NCBI GenBank assembly: GCA_964592635.1
Contig: CAZQFZ010000002.1
Coordinates: 4,956-56,885, forward strand
Source: an uncultured Rhizobium sp.
Lineage (GTDB): Bacteria > Bacteroidota > Bacteroidia > NS11-12g > UBA955
Length of the DNA: 51,930 nt
Direction of reading: 5' to 3'
The position numbers were made by a program, and so were the translations under genes. How positions within the stretch are numbered: position 1 is the first letter of the stretch; the number at the start of each line of letters is the position of its first letter. Of this stretch, positions 50,757 to 51,930 are shown piece by piece. The notes under the pieces were generated by a model. That model ran no database searches, had not been told where the DNA came from, and saw nothing but the letters and a program-made list of their open reading frames with translations.

Positions 50757-51704
50757 ATGCTTAATGGTATTGCAATTGCGCTCGCTTGGCCGGATACCTA
50801 CTGCAAAAAAGCAGGAGCTTGGTACGATACACCTGCTGAATGGCTAAAAATCAGTAAAGGCAATTACTACAAGGTGGGACATGCCGCTCTGGTGTTAATT
50901 GAAAAGTCAACAGGGCAATGTCATTACTTCGATTTTGGACGTTATCATTCTCCTCATTTGCATGGAAGAGTGAGAAGCGCACATACCGATCACGACTTAG
51001 AGTTGAACATCAAAGCTCTTTTCGACGAAAAAGGAAAGTTATCCAACTACGAAGATATTTTATGGGAACTTTACAATAATGAAAGTTGTCATGGAACGGG
51101 TAAATTGCATGCTTCTTATATTGACATCAATTTTGAAAAAGCCTTTAATAAGGCACGTGAGATGCAATCTGTTTCACCTACGGTTTATGGTCCTTTTGTT
51201 CCCGGAGGAACCAATTGTTCTCGATTTGTTAACACGGTTATTGTTGCTGGTTCACCGCAATGGTATTACCGAATGCGATTGAAGTATCCTACCACCATCA
51301 GTCCCACGCCCAAAGGGAATGTGAAAACATTGAAGCATTATTCCATAGTGGGTGAAGATGGGGTATTGGTGGCGCATCACGGCACTCATAAAAAGGGAAG
51401 TTTGTTGCCTAAAGTGGTGCCAGCTCCACAGAAACCTCAAAATTTACCTGAAGATATACATTGGTTGAGTGGTGAAGGCTGTGGATCTTGGTTTTATGTA
51501 ACTCAGCAATTGGAAGGATTCGAAATTCAACGTTTCAGTCCAGACGGAAAATTAGAATGCCGGGGTTTATTCCATCAAGTGGCTGGTCCCCCGTTTATTA
51601 TGCGTGAAGCTTTTGAAGTAACGTATCCGAGTCATTGTGCCGAAGTTCATTTAATTCAAAACGACTTTAAGGTGGTGTTGAGGATTATGAGTAAGATGAG
51701 TTAA
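50757..51704 (+). CDS. DUF6695-like conserved hypothetical protein
   Basis: LAWPD, GHAALVLI, YFDFGRY, GRVRS..TD..L, TNCSRFV, WLSGEG.GSW, YPSHC. Confidence 0.75.
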   Translation: MLNGIAIALAWPDTYCKKAGAWYDTPAEWLKISKGNYYKVGHAALVLIEKSTGQCHYFDFGRYHSPHLHGRVRSAHTDHDLELNIKALFDEKGKLSNYEDILWELYNNESCHGTGKLHASYIDINFEKAFNKAREMQSVSPTVYGPFVPGGTNCSRFVNTVIVAGSPQWYYRMRLKYPTTISPTPKGNVKTLKHYSIVGEDGVLVAHHGTHKKGSLLPKVVPAPQKPQNLPEDIHWLSGEGCGSWFYVTQQLEGFEIQRFSPDGKLECRGLFHQVAGPPFIMREAFEVTYPSHCAEVHLIQNDFKVVLRIMSKMS

Positions 51705-51727
51705 TGAATTTTTCAATTGATAGGTAA

Positions 51728-51930
51728 TCAAAACCATTCTCTCGGATCTATTGTGATAAATTGTTGCCAAGATATTCCGGTGTTTGACAATTGAATCATT
51801 CTTTTGGGTTTGAATTGCGATTGAAATTTCGCAATTCCGGATATTTTGTCATGGGTTAATTTAACTTCAATACCAATGTATTCAGTTCCTTTTTGAAGAA
51901 TAAAATCTACTTCAGCATTGGATTCGTTCC
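51728..51930 (-). CDS. 3' end of an ATP-binding protein with a DUF4143 (PD-(D/E)XK-like) C-terminal domain, truncated by window edge
   Basis: Hand translation NESNAEVDFILQKGTEYIGIEVKLTHDK...GISWQQFITIDPREWF*; EVDF...IEVK motif. Confidence 0.8.
   Translation of the reverse strand, partial: NESNAEVDFILQKGTEYIGIEVKLTHDKISGIAKFQSQFKPKRMIQLSNTGISWQQFITIDPREWF

Noticed and set aside
51728-51930. DUF4143 gene as a defence system
   Set aside because: Only the last 66 residues are visible; no supporting neighbours in the window

Overview
AT-rich chromosomal window from a Bacteroidota bacterium, judged from T9SS C-terminal sorting domains, TAnnTTTG promoter boxes and Bacteroidota-typical gene families. 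It holds about 40 protein-coding genes; I recognised no rRNA, tRNA, CRISPR array or transposase. In order: icd (5'-truncated), cold-shock protein, an M1 peptidase/HupE-UreJ/DUF6702 trio, a molybdoenzyme cluster (membrane protein, NTPase-MobA fusion, fdhD, DUF7009-like, FdhF/YdeP oxidoreductase, pirin, DUF3050, YeiH), T9SS cargo proteins, a repeat-expanded esterase, a CPA2 antiporter, CorA, divergent oxyR-katG, a porin / leader ORF / RND pump / SbtA / CmpR-like LysR block, VOC proteins, LiaF-like, retropepsin, pentapeptide-repeat protein, a T9SS gene remnant, a two-gene PLP-enzyme operon, DUF6695-like and a truncated DUF4143 gene. The most striking signal the genes do not explain is a dispersed, non-palindromic motif, consensus C(A/T)TCCCCCGAAA(A). 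I counted 14 exact CCCCCGAAA copies by eye plus near matches, on both strands, in several reading frames and in intergenic DNA, a pattern resembling DNA-uptake sequences. Family assignments come from recalled motifs, not database searches.
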